Below, in pieces: positions 1 to 9,384 of a stretch of 64,000 bases of DNA. The DNA is taken from the NCBI GenBank assembly GCA_014238905.1, contig JABAAE010000012.1, forward strand, positions 104,156 through 168,155, written 5' to 3'. The position numbers and the translations under genes are program-made. Within the stretch, counting starts at the first letter, position 1, and every line of letters begins with the position of its first letter. This DNA is from Planctomycetota bacterium (GTDB lineage: Bacteria > Planctomycetota > Planctomycetia > Pirellulales > Pirellulaceae). The notes under the pieces were generated by a model. That model saw nothing but the letters and a program-made list of their open reading frames with translations, did no database searches and was not told the origin of the DNA.

Positions 1-919
1 CGAGTACCCGGTGATTCTTTTTGGATTTGGGGCTGATTTCGACATTGACGCGGGTGTCACTGCACACGGCACCAACGATGCGAAAGTCGTTCTTTGCTGA
101 AAAGAAAATGCGTTTCTTTTGGACTTCTTCCGATTTGTTTTCAGCTTGAAATCGAACGATGGTTGGACTGACTCGAATCGGGGAAACCACTTCTGTAAAA
201 AAGGAAAGCGGTATGCTGGAAGCCTTCAGATCATTGGTCTTAATGATCACCTGTCCCTGAGAAACACCCGGAGGTGCAGTTTCTTTCAAGGTCGTTGTTA
301 ATTGGTATTTTACTGAGGATCCAGTCCTTTCGATTTCAATTAAATCGGCCGTGAGAAACTTGCTAAAACTGCATACGTCGACAATCTTCCAATTGGGAGA
401 GCCAGCATAGTGAATCAGGGTTGTGATGGATTGAGTTTTGCCTGCTGGCACGTTCGCAAACCGAAGTTCTCCCGGGGAGAATACGATGTCCCGGCGGATA
501 TACGCTGAGACACGTAACTGGATTTCTGCAAATTGGGGTTGGTCGAGAGAAACGGTGATCGTTGCTTCTTTTTTTCCCAGAAAGGAGCGAGTTTTGAGTT
601 CAGCGGCAATCTTGCCTGTACCACCAACGGGTATCACCGGGTCGACGATCGAAGCAAAAGTGCAACCACAACTTGAGCGGACCGAAGCGATGTGAATTGG
701 GCGATCGGTTGGGTTTTTCAACTCGAAAAAATGCACGACTTTAGCGCCTCGAGCGACCGTGCCGAAGTCGTGGGATCGATTGGCAATGCACTTTCGCGTC
801 CAATCCTCGGAAATGACCTGTCCTGCACTGGTCAAGGAGCAAGCAATCACCGTTGCCAGCATCCAGAGCCTCGAGTGCCAAGGGACAGAGTATTTTGATA
901 AGAAATGCATGGGCTGCAT
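1..919 (-). CDS. DUF1573 domain-containing secreted protein; N-terminal ~305 aa, C-terminus lies beyond the window start
   Basis: Reverse-complement of 1..919 reads without a stop from ATG (~917 or ~908): MQPMHFLSKYSVPWHSRLWMLATVIACSLTSAGQ...VVHFFELKNPTDRPIHIASVRSSCGCTFASIVDPV... This has the F.F.N.G......SCGCT hallmark of DUF1573. The ORF track misses it because it runs off the edge. The plus-strand ORFs 438..695 and 692..898 are its antisense. Confidence 0.7.
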   Translation of the reverse strand, partial: MQPMHFLSKYSVPWHSRLWMLATVIACSLTSAGQVISEDWTRKCIANRSHDFGTVARGAKVVHFFELKNPTDRPIHIASVRSSCGCTFASIVDPVIPVGGTGKIAAELKTRSFLGKKEATITVSLDQPQFAEIQLRVSAYIRRDIVFSPGELRFANVPAGKTQSITTLIHYAGSPNWKIVDVCSFSKFLTADLIEIERTGSSVKYQLTTTLKETAPPGVSQGQVIIKTNDLKASSIPLSFFTEVVSPIRVSPTIVRFQAENKSEEVQKKRIFFSAKNDFRIVGAVCSDTRVNVEISPKSKKNHRVL

Positions 920-1666
920 TCTCGCTGGGTAAGGATGTTGCGGTTTTGTTAAAATCGGCATATTTCCTACTCTTTCTCAAACCTATTGAACGCTGAAGTC
1001 CATTTTTCCTTAATTTCAGTAGCCAAACTTGGGGTGAATCCAGTGTTGGGAGTCATTTTCAGCATTTGGGAACGTAAAAACATTTCGAGAAAAAATTTGA
1101 GGATTGCGACGGAGTTGCCCTACCCTTTTTGGGGGAAGGGATCGTGGGTGGTATTTTTTTTCAGTTGGAATCGGAACGGTCGTTGATCCTCGTGAAGGAC
1201 CATCAAGAGCCTATTGGGCGGATTCACCTTTGGTTATCGAAACTGACTTGGTGACCCAAGGCTGAGCTTATCGGGAAAGCCAATAGACGGGCGGCGGCTC
1301 ATCGGGCCCCAAAGGGTGGTCCTTGTCAGGCGGTGATCAACTCGATAATTGATAGTTTGGGCAAGCTGAAATGGAAAAAAGGGTGGTGCATCCATTTTCT
1401 CGGTGCGGCATGAATTGATTTGCGAACCGGTTGCCCCCGGTCAGCAGGCTATTGTAATCTGATAACATGAATTTTCAGTGGGGCGTCGATTGGCGTCTCT
1501 TAAAAGCCTGTAGGCGATGTGCCCATTGGTATTAAAACACCACGGTATTTTGCAGCTTACTTTACGGCTTACTTTGTGGCGTACTGATGGGGTGATACCA
1601 CCATTTGGGTTGCGCTGCATGTGGAATTCATCTTTTGAAAGAACCATCCGAACCGAGAGAGATTCT

Positions 1667-3868
1667 ATGTCATTTCGTCCAGAAAAAATGGAGATTGAGC
1701 GACAACCCAGTGGGTTTTCTAATTGGAGTAGATTGAGGACGAGCTGGTCCCTGATGCTACTGATTGGAGTGGTCGCCGGATTCCAAAACAGAGCCGTCTG
1801 TCAGGACACCTCCAAGGCAAAACTGGATCCGGTTGCCCAAACAAAACAGGTGGCGGTCGACGACGATCCGGATGCTCCCTTTCAGCGTCGATTTGACGTG
1901 CCGGATTTTCCCAAGGGTGTGGAATGGCTCAATACTCGAAAGCCGATCAGCAAGCTTGATCTCAAAGGGAAATTTGTAATTCTGGATTTTTGGACCTATT
2001 GCTGCATCAACTGTATTCACGTTCTCCCGGAGCTTAAGAAGCTTGAAAAGAAATACCCCAACCGATTGGTTGTGATTGGTGTCCATTCAGCCAAATTTGA
2101 AAATGAAAAGGACACCGAGAATATTCGTGAGGCAATCCTGAGATATGAAATCGAACACCCGGTCATCAACGACTTTGACCATAAAGTCTGGGACCAGTTT
2201 TCAGCACGGAGCTGGCCTTCCCTCAGGATGTTGGACCCGGAAGGGAAATTGGTTGCCGGACATTCTGGCGAAATTCGGTTTGAAGATCTTGATGCCTTTC
2301 TGAAGCCGGTTTTGGACTATTACGATAAAAAGGGTCTGCTTGATAAGACACCGCTTCGTTTTGAATTGGAGAGCGCAAAAGAAAAACCGACACCACTTCG
2401 ATTCCCCGGAAAAATTCTAGCAGATGAAAAAGGTAAACGGCTGTTTATTACTGACAGCAACCACAACCGGATCGTTATCACTGACCTTGATGGAAAATTG
2501 ATGGGGACGATTGGCTCGGGACAAATTGGCAACAGCGATGGCGATTTTGATACTGCCGAATTTGACCATCCGCAGGGAACGGTCCTCAACGGCGATCTTC
2601 TGTACGTTTGTGATACGGAAAACCACAATTTGCGGAAAGTCGACCTGGTAAAGAAAACGGTAACTACTATTGCAGGAAGTGGGAGACAGGCTAAACGTGC
2701 ATTTCAACACTTCAACCAAGAAGAAACTGGGTTTTCCCAGTGGAGCGGTGATCCACGCAAAACAGAGTTGAACAGTCCCTGGGCATTGTGGATTCACGGT
2801 ACTGATTTATATATCGCGATGGCTGGGCCGCATCAAATCTGGAAGATGCCGCTGGATGAATCGACGATTGGGCCGTTTGCCGGGAATGCGCGTGAAGATA
2901 TCGTAGACGGGGCATTGTTGCCATCGGAACCCTACGGATTAGGCGCCGCATCTTTTGCTCAGCCAAGTGGACTGGCAAGTGATGGCACCTGGTTATACGT
3001 AGCAGACACCGAAGGAAGTTCCATACGAGCGGTTCCCTTCGAAGGTAACCAACCGGTTAAGACCGTGGTGGGAACAGCGGAACAGCCGAGCGGGCGTTTA
3101 TTCATTTTTGGCGACAAAGACGGACAACGAAAGGATGTTCTCCTGCAACATGCCATTGGAATTGCCTATTCTGATTCTCGGCTTTTCGTTGCCGACACCT
3201 ACAATAACAAGATCAAAATTGTTAACGCGAAAACGGGGGAAACCAGAACTTTGGCGGGGACTGGACAGCCCGGTTCAGATGATTTGCCAGGCACGTTTGA
3301 CGAACCTGCCGGCTTGGCGTTTGCCAACGGCACGCTTTACGTTGCCGATACCAATAACCACCTGATTCGAAAAGTTGATCCCAAATCGGGCAAAGTATCG
3401 ACATTGACCATCGAAGGCCTGCAACCGCCGATTGCTACGCCAAACACCGGTCGCTCCAAAATCCATTACCCCAAGGCCTCCATTGCCAAGGTGACCGGTA
3501 CCGCAAGACCTGAAAAAGGAATGGTGCGATTTTCAGTTCAACTGAACTGGCCCGACGGTTGGAAAACCAACGAGCTGGCACCGATGGGATATTATGTCCA
3601 TTTCCCTGGGGACCAAGGGGTGGTCGATCGATCACAGGTTTCGACCGAAAAAATTAAGTTGACCTCACCCAGCGACCAATTTGATATCTTGCTACCAGTC
3701 AAGGCAGACGGTCAGGACAAGTTGCGTATCGAAATGCCCTTCTTTTATTGCCAAACCGGGGATACCGGTGTTTGCAAATTTGGTCAGGTTGCGTTTGAGA
3801 TTGATCTGACTGTGTCGGGCTCTTCAAAAATGGATCGGGTGCAACTTGAATTCGATGTCACCGACTAG
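1667..3868 (+). CDS. Thioredoxin-like (redoxin, CC-x-x-C) plus NHL-repeat protein, NHLRC2-like architecture, with signal peptide
   Basis: ORF 1517..3868; the likely start is the internal ATG at 1667 (MSFRPEKMEIERQ...SLMLLIGVVAGFQ). Redoxin-like block FVILDFWTYCCINCIHVLPELKKLEKKYPNRLVVIGVHS. Five NHL-type repeats (LFITDSNHNRIVITDLDG, LYVCDTENHNLRKVD, LYVADTEGSSIRAV, LFVADTYNNKIKIVN, LYVADTNNHLIRKVD). Beta-rich C-terminal domain. Confidence 0.75.
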   Translation: MSFRPEKMEIERQPSGFSNWSRLRTSWSLMLLIGVVAGFQNRAVCQDTSKAKLDPVAQTKQVAVDDDPDAPFQRRFDVPDFPKGVEWLNTRKPISKLDLKGKFVILDFWTYCCINCIHVLPELKKLEKKYPNRLVVIGVHSAKFENEKDTENIREAILRYEIEHPVINDFDHKVWDQFSARSWPSLRMLDPEGKLVAGHSGEIRFEDLDAFLKPVLDYYDKKGLLDKTPLRFELESAKEKPTPLRFPGKILADEKGKRLFITDSNHNRIVITDLDGKLMGTIGSGQIGNSDGDFDTAEFDHPQGTVLNGDLLYVCDTENHNLRKVDLVKKTVTTIAGSGRQAKRAFQHFNQEETGFSQWSGDPRKTELNSPWALWIHGTDLYIAMAGPHQIWKMPLDESTIGPFAGNAREDIVDGALLPSEPYGLGAASFAQPSGLASDGTWLYVADTEGSSIRAVPFEGNQPVKTVVGTAEQPSGRLFIFGDKDGQRKDVLLQHAIGIAYSDSRLFVADTYNNKIKIVNAKTGETRTLAGTGQPGSDDLPGTFDEPAGLAFANGTLYVADTNNHLIRKVDPKSGKVSTLTIEGLQPPIATPNTGRSKIHYPKASIAKVTGTARPEKGMVRFSVQLNWPDGWKTNELAPMGYYVHFPGDQGVVDRSQVSTEKIKLTSPSDQFDILLPVKADGQDKLRIEMPFFYCQTGDTGVCKFGQVAFEIDLTVSGSSKMDRVQLEFDVTD

Positions 3869-3898
3869 CCGCGGGAGTTTTGACCAGTCAGCGTCCAA

Positions 3899-3923
3899 CA
3901 TCACTGGGTTGCTACCAGTGATG
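3899..3923. terminator. Candidate bidirectional terminator hairpin between convergent genes
   Basis: catcactgg-gttgcta-ccagtgatg: perfect 9-bp stem with a 7-nt loop, 30 nt after the TAG of the NHL gene and directly downstream of the tag pseudogene on the other strand. It is followed by ttgtctctaaatt. Confidence 0.35.
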
Positions 3924-3929
3924 TTGTCT

Positions 3930-4616
3930 CTAAATTCGCACTGCTGCACGACTCCGGGGCGATCGTTTGTTCGCCTGTGAGGCTGGTCTGGTAGATGGAT
4001 TCGCTTTCTCGGTACTTTCAAACTCATCCCGCATCTCTTTAGCGGACTGGCGGCTGGCACAGACCTCTAAATGATCATTGACCATCCCCATTGCTTGCAT
4101 GAAGGCGTAGGCCGTTGTCGGTCGGAAAAACTTCCAGCCGCGTTTCTTCAAGTCTTTGCTCAGAGCTTGGGAGGTTTTTGTGACGCAGGGAATAGGGGGT
4201 CCTTGTTGGCTTTTGCCAACGTGAGGTTCAGCGAAGGAAGGGGCCCATCGCCAGACATAGGCGGCCAGACTGCCAAATTCATCGACGACTTCGATTGCTC
4301 GACGACTTCGATTGCGCGACGAGCGTTGTTGATGGTCGCCTCGATTTTTCCACGGTGACGAACAATGCCTTGATTCCCGAGGAGGCGGTCAACGTCTTTG
4401 TCGTCGTCAAAACGGGCGATCTCTGCAAAATCAAATTCAGCGAACGCTTTTCGGAAGTTTTCACGCTTACGGAGGATCGTTAGCCAAGAAAGGCCAGACT
4501 GGAAACCCTCGAGACAAATCTCCTCAAAGAGATGGATATCGTCGGCGACGGGGAGGCCCCATTCTTCGTCATGGTAACGCTGGTAGTCCAGATGATCGCT
4601 GCTTCACCAACAGCGA
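3930..4616 (-). pseudogene. tag: DNA-3-methyladenine glycosylase I (Tag), disrupted by several lesions
   Basis: Minus-strand translation gives Tag blocks RYHDEEWGLPVADDIHLFEEICLEGFQSGLSWLTILRKRENFRKAFAEFDFAEIARFDDDKDVDRL, then GNQGIVRHRGKIEATINNARRAIEVV, then YVWRWAPSFAEPHVGKSQQG, then GWKFFRPTTAYAFMQAMGMVNDH. Reading them needs three different frames. Lesions: a 1-bp loss in a cgcctc(c)tcggg run (~4378), a perfect 17-bp tandem duplication tcgacgacttcgattgc x2 (~4270..4303), and TGA two codons after the conserved RCW (~4590). Confidence 0.75.
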
Positions 4617-4727
4617 GTGATCCCATCGAGGGCTGTACGCAAGTACTTCGGGGTCGAAACAGGTATGGCATTACCTTGCCAGCTTGGAGCGATGGCTAAT
4701 CCGCTGGTCTATGATAGCCAAGGTTAC

Positions 4728-5540
4728 CTATTTTTGAGCTGGTGCAGCCTTGGAGGCGTCTTTCTCGAAACTGACAGGAACATTCTTCATCAATTCAAGA
4801 GATCTTGGATTGCTGAAAACTATTTCATCATCATATTCATAAGTTGGCTTTGTGCGGTGGGCCGCCAACGATTTTCGTATCCGGGGAAATCCGATTCGAT
4901 TCCCCGCAAACCTGACACCGTCGTAAATTGTGCCGTGTTGTAAAGGACCAGCTCCCAAGAACCAGGTATCTTTGGCGGTGCTATGGGAAACCAGCGTCCC
5001 CGATTGCCAAATGGGTTGTCTGCTTTCCCGGTAGTAGGCGAAAACACTGATTTTTGCAGCGCTAAACTGCGAACTGTTCTTTGCTAAGGAAATTTCCGGT
5101 AGCAATGGTATTGCTGGTGCATTGGAGACAATAGACGCCGCCGTGCTGATCGCTTGACTGGTTGGAATGCCCACCGTAATCTCATGGCCATCGGTTCCTA
5201 GCGTGCCCACCCGCGGTTCAACAATGATCTCCGCAGATTCTTTAGCGTCCTGAATGAGGCAACCTGCTGCAGTGAGTTGCTGACGAAGACTGCTTATCAC
5301 GTACTGTGAATTGACAAAGCCTGCGGCTTTAACCGGAGCAATAAAGGAGACGTCGAGGAAAACGGTTTGTCCGGCGAGCGGTTCAAAGCTGATCTGACTA
5401 ATCACCCGGTCAACCGAATCTGACATCAGTAATTGCTCAGTAGCAGACCGACTATTGGTCGTACCACAGCCCGACAATACGCTGACCAACGTCGCGATTG
5501 TCAAGAAAACGATCGAATTGAAGTGATTTTTTACGTTCAT
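4728..5540 (-). CDS. Hypothetical lipoprotein
   Basis: ORF 4728..5555; the likely start is MNVKNHFNSIVFLTIATLVSVLSGC (lipobox LSGC). No recognisable catalytic motifs. Confidence 0.55.
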   Translation of the reverse strand: MNVKNHFNSIVFLTIATLVSVLSGCGTTNSRSATEQLLMSDSVDRVISQISFEPLAGQTVFLDVSFIAPVKAAGFVNSQYVISSLRQQLTAAGCLIQDAKESAEIIVEPRVGTLGTDGHEITVGIPTSQAISTAASIVSNAPAIPLLPEISLAKNSSQFSAAKISVFAYYRESRQPIWQSGTLVSHSTAKDTWFLGAGPLQHGTIYDGVRFAGNRIGFPRIRKSLAAHRTKPTYEYDDEIVFSNPRSLELMKNVPVSFEKDASKAAPAQK

Positions 5541-5944
5541 TGCGGCGGGAAGCAATGTCAGGCCACTGCTACGTGGCTACAAGCTGGTGATTCTAAATAA
5601 GTTGAGGCGGTCGGGTTCTGGGTTGCATTGGGGCATTCGGTTTACCCCGATTGGAAGCCTGATAACGGGTCGAACTTCCCGCTCTGGAAGGGGATTTCGG
5701 CATTTTCGTCGGAGGCATTCCTCTGTTCCTATCGGCATTTCAAGTTGAAAATTACCAAGCGACTGGGGAATTCATGCGAAATTCTGAAATTTAGAGGAAT
5801 TACAGGTCATCGGCTTGTTTGAATCGTCATGATTGTCGCGATGCATGCCATTCCGGCCGGATTTTTTTGTTATTCAATTGGTAGAAAAAATGAAATACGG
5901 CACAACTCTTTGTATCCAAAGGGTTTACGGTTATCTTATCAATC

Positions 5945-5973
5945 TTGACGTAAATAGTGACGCCGGTATAATT
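5945..5973 (+). promoter_or_regulatory. Sigma70-like promoter candidate upstream of the response-regulator gene
   Basis: TTGACG, 16-bp spacer, TATAAT (ttgacgtaaatagtgacgccggtataat) in a lower-GC intergenic region about 150 nt upstream of the ATG at 6127. The downstream RBS is ggagaggatggttATG. Confidence 0.35.
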
Positions 5974-6126
5974 CCACCATCTTGGCAATTTTGGTAGTTT
6001 TGACAAACGCGGGGAGTTCCGCTGTTTTGCAAACTACGGTCGCGAATTGATGACCAATTCGCCTCAATGAAAATTGCCACACCTAACTAACCCACCCACT
6101 GGCCGCAAACCATTGCTACGGAGAGG

Positions 6127-6723
6127 ATGGTTATGTCAACCAAAACTGTGTTTACTACCGGCGAGGCTGCAAAAATATGCAAGGTCAGCCAACAGACCAT
6201 CATTCGTTGTTTTGATAATGGTTCCCTGAAAGGATTTCGTGTACCAGGCAGTCGATTCAGACGAATTCCACGCGATCAGTTATTTTCGTTCATGAAGGAC
6301 AATGGCATCCCCACAGATGCGTTGGAGAGTGGCAAGCGGAAAGTCCTGATCGTCGATGATGATCCAGAACTTGTTGAATTGTTGGTTGAGACATTTTCCC
6401 GCGATGGTCGTTTTGAAATTAAAACGGCGAATAACGGCTTTGAAGCCGGTATGTCGGTGAGGGAATTTCGTCCTGATTTGGTCGTACTGGATGTCATGCT
6501 TCCAGATATCAATGGCAAGGAGGTTTGTCAGCGTGTTCGTTCGGACCCCAATATGGACACTGTCAAAATTATCTGTATTTCGGGCATGGTCGAACAGGAT
6601 AAGATCAACGACTTGCGATTAGCAGGAGCAGATGATTTTATGGGGAAACCCTTTGCTGTGGATCTACTTTTGGATCGGGCTTGCGAACTGCTGGATATCG
6701 AAAGGGCGGCGACCGGCACCTAA
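6127..6723 (+). CDS. Response regulator with N-terminal excisionase/MerR-type HTH and C-terminal receiver domain
   Basis: N-terminus TGEAAKICKVSQQTIIRCFDNGSLKGFRVPGSRFRRIPRDQL is an HTH_17-like domain. Receiver motifs are KVLIVDDDPELVELL and DLVVLDVMLPDINGKEV. Confidence 0.8.
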   Translation: MVMSTKTVFTTGEAAKICKVSQQTIIRCFDNGSLKGFRVPGSRFRRIPRDQLFSFMKDNGIPTDALESGKRKVLIVDDDPELVELLVETFSRDGRFEIKTANNGFEAGMSVREFRPDLVVLDVMLPDINGKEVCQRVRSDPNMDTVKIICISGMVEQDKINDLRLAGADDFMGKPFAVDLLLDRACELLDIERAATGT

Positions 6724-6957
6724 TTGGGTGATGGGTTGTGTCTGGACGGTTAATGGGTTCATTGCTATCAGGAAAGAATGCTTGCATCGTTTCCTGATAG
6801 CACGCCATTTAGGATGAGTGATCAGAAGCTCTTGTTCGCCGTTTTGGGAAATCGAAACGGTTCAACGTTGGTGCGTCCCTTTAACGGTCTCTTTTCATTT
6901 TTCGTTTAGCGGGCGAATATTCTTGCCCGTGGTGATTTTTCGGCGTAAACAATTTCG

Positions 6958-8325
6958 ATGCGGTATCTACCTTTTCTTAAACTGAGCAATGGCATCAAAC
7001 AGTTCCCGATGCCGGATCTTTCGATCATTGAATTGGTCGAAGCATTCTGGATTGAAGACCGTGACTTGAGGGATACTTCTTTAGCTCGGATTTTGGTCGA
7101 CTCACCAGCTTTGTTGATTTGGACCGTTTCTCGATTTTTGGAAGAAGTAGCGGACGCTGGTGGGCTCGGTTCGGTGAGTCTTGAGCAACGTCTTTCCGGC
7201 GTTTTGCAGACGCAGCAATCGGCGGTTGTACGCGATAACGCTGAGCCATTGACCTCCGTTGAGAGGTTGAGTTCTGAACCGTTTGCGAGAGTTTCCTGCT
7301 TTTTCAGCCTTCATGATGACTCCGGATTTGATTTCGCAGCTCGGGTGGCGGGACGTCTTTTCCTGATGGAAACGGCCTGTCCAGAAGTTTTTATCCCCGG
7401 AGAAATCAGCAAGCCCTTCTTGGCAGTGACGCAAGCGGATGTCAATCATGAACTGCTTCTTTCTAAATTTGAAGCTACCGATTTCGCCATGTCTGAACAA
7501 TTCAAAAAGCTGAATCACGATTGGCAGATTGAGTTACCTTTCTTCCGATCAGGATTGGGAGGTGTTGATGCTCGCCTGCAAAGGTTGAAGACGTTGGAAT
7601 CCAATTTCCAACATCAATTGGAGACCGAAAAAATTGCGGCCATGCGGCAATTAGCCTACGGGGCCAGTCATGATGTCAACAATCCACTGGCCAACATTTC
7701 AACCCGTGCTCAAGCATTGTTGAGAGATGAGACGGATCCGAAACGGCGACAACGGTTGATGGCTATCGATGCTCAGGCTTTTCGGGCACATGATATGATC
7801 AGTAACCTGATGACTTTTGCCAAACCGCCCAAGCCTCAGTTTTCCAGAGTGCAGCTTCGCCCCCTGGTCGAAAAAGTGGTTTCGCGTCTTTCTTCGATGG
7901 CGGAGGATCAGCAGTCCAGAGTATCCGTTGATGTGGATTACGCCGTGTATTTCGATGTCGACGGTGAACAATTGACTGAAATGCTTTTTGCGACCACACA
8001 GAATTCACTGGAGGCGTTGCGTCAAGGTGGACAGGTAACAATTCGGTGTGATTGGGTACTTGGGCAATCCGAACTGCGGATCAGGATTATCGATGATGGT
8101 CCTGGGATTTCGCCTGAAGTAAGGCGACATGTTTTTGACCCCTTCTTCTCTGGCCGTGAGGCGGGCCGCGGGCTTGGGTTCGGTCTTTCCAAGGTTTGGC
8201 GCCTGATGGAATTGCACCACGGTCAGGTCGTCATCAATAATATCGAGGAGGGAACTTGCGTTGAGCTGGTTTTTCCCGTTGAGCAGGATCAAGTTTCTTC
8301 TGCAGGTATCGAAAAGACGGCCTAG
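6958..8325 (+). CDS. Sensor histidine kinase, apparently soluble (no obvious TM helix)
   Basis: H-box AYGASHDVNNPLANISTRAQAL. HATPase_c motifs IIDDGPGISPEVRRHVFDPFFSGREAGRGLGFGLS. It lies directly downstream of the response regulator. Confidence 0.8.
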   Translation: MRYLPFLKLSNGIKQFPMPDLSIIELVEAFWIEDRDLRDTSLARILVDSPALLIWTVSRFLEEVADAGGLGSVSLEQRLSGVLQTQQSAVVRDNAEPLTSVERLSSEPFARVSCFFSLHDDSGFDFAARVAGRLFLMETACPEVFIPGEISKPFLAVTQADVNHELLLSKFEATDFAMSEQFKKLNHDWQIELPFFRSGLGGVDARLQRLKTLESNFQHQLETEKIAAMRQLAYGASHDVNNPLANISTRAQALLRDETDPKRRQRLMAIDAQAFRAHDMISNLMTFAKPPKPQFSRVQLRPLVEKVVSRLSSMAEDQQSRVSVDVDYAVYFDVDGEQLTEMLFATTQNSLEALRQGGQVTIRCDWVLGQSELRIRIIDDGPGISPEVRRHVFDPFFSGREAGRGLGFGLSKVWRLMELHHGQVVINNIEEGTCVELVFPVEQDQVSSAGIEKTA

Positions 8326-8402
8326 TCAGGCCGTCTTGTGAATCCATCCTTTGCAGCGATAAACTGTGTTGTTGTTATCCGTTTCGTTCCGGGGCGTCAG
8401 CC

Positions 8403-9317
8403 ATGATAAAATTAGGAAGTCGTTCCAGTAAGCTGGCGAGGTGGCAGGCCGAACATGTTCAGACCGAACTCAGTAAAAAAAACATCGAAGTAGAAATCGT
8501 CTTTATGACCACCGAAGGGGATCAGTCGGTGGCTTCCCTGAAAGAGTTTGGAGGGGTCGGTGCCTTTACCAAAGGGATCCAGCAGTCCATCCTGAATGGG
8601 GAAATCGATTTTGCTGTCCATAGTCTAAAAGATCTCCCTACCGACCCTGTTGAGGGTTTGGTGTTGGCATCTGTTCCCTTACGCGAGGATCCGGCGGATG
8701 TTTTGATATGCAACGGATTTTCCTGTACCTCAGATCTTCCAGCAGGAGCACGAATTGGAACGGGTAGTTTAAGACGACAGGCTCAACTGCTGTACCATCG
8801 ACCGGATTTGAAAGTGATGGACATCCGTGGAAATGTTGATACCCGATTAAAGAAATTGGATGCTGGAGAGTTTGACGCTCTTGTGTTGGCCAAAGCAGGC
8901 TTAACTCGATTGAAGTTGGTGGACCGTATCACCGAAGAATTTGGACTAGAGTGGATGTTGCCGGCAATTGGTCAGGGAGCCCTCGGTTTGGAGTCGCGTG
9001 TCGACGATCAACCAACACGGATGGTGCTCGACCAGATTTGTGACCAGCAATCACTATTAGAGGTCACCGCAGAGCGGGCCTTGTTGCGACATCTTCGAGC
9101 CGGTTGCCTCGCTCCGGTGGGCGCTCATGGGCGAGCTCAATCCGATGGGGAGCTTTCACTTGACGCTGTCGTGTTGAGCCAGGATGGATCTCAAAGAGTT
9201 GAGATTCAGGGCCAACAACGCATGGGGACCGATTCGCTTCAGACCGCAAAAGAGATGGGGAGGCGTCTTGGCCAGCAATTGATCGATAAAGGTGCCGATG
9301 TTCTCCTCCGCCGGTGA
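8403..9317 (+). CDS. hemC: Hydroxymethylbilane synthase (porphobilinogen deaminase)
   Basis: MIKLGSRSSKLARWQAEHV...TTEGDQ...ARIGTGSLRRQAQLL...LAPVGAHG are typical HemC motifs. The TGA stop is at 9315..9317. Confidence 0.9.
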   Translation: MIKLGSRSSKLARWQAEHVQTELSKKNIEVEIVFMTTEGDQSVASLKEFGGVGAFTKGIQQSILNGEIDFAVHSLKDLPTDPVEGLVLASVPLREDPADVLICNGFSCTSDLPAGARIGTGSLRRQAQLLYHRPDLKVMDIRGNVDTRLKKLDAGEFDALVLAKAGLTRLKLVDRITEEFGLEWMLPAIGQGALGLESRVDDQPTRMVLDQICDQQSLLEVTAERALLRHLRAGCLAPVGAHGRAQSDGELSLDAVVLSQDGSQRVEIQGQQRMGTDSLQTAKEMGRRLGQQLIDKGADVLLRR

Positions 9318-9384
9318 CCTACTTGCCGGTGACCTACTTGACGGTGACCTACTTGACGGTGACCTACTTGACGGTGACCTACTT
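9310..9384. repeat. 15-bp tandem repeat x5 (unit [a/c]cggtgacctacttg) beginning on the hemC stop codon
   Basis: ccggtgacctacttg x2 then acggtgacctacttg x3, then a partial copy, all contiguous. The hemC TGA is inside copy 1. Every copy carries an in-frame TGA, so the hemC frame reads R*PTC R*PT* ... Antisense ORFs 9156..9434 and 9239..9424 (RSPSS and VGHRQ repeats) are artefacts of this array. Confidence 0.85.

Noticed and set aside
438-898. Plus-strand ORFs 438..695 and 692..898, which look like a frameshifted gene
   Set aside because: They are antisense to an uninterrupted DUF1573 reading frame (SCGCT motif) on the minus strand that runs off the window edge.
5845-5870. ccggccgg palindrome plus T7 run as a terminator
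   Set aside because: The palindrome has no loop (ccgg/ccgg are abutting), so a stable hairpin is unlikely. The T-run probably belongs to the AT-rich promoter region.
9310-9384. Possibility that the short tandem arrays (hemC, NfeD-like, SDR, carB-downstream) are CRISPR arrays
   Set aside because: Copies are directly contiguous with no spacers, units are only 14-25 bp, and there are no cas genes nearby.
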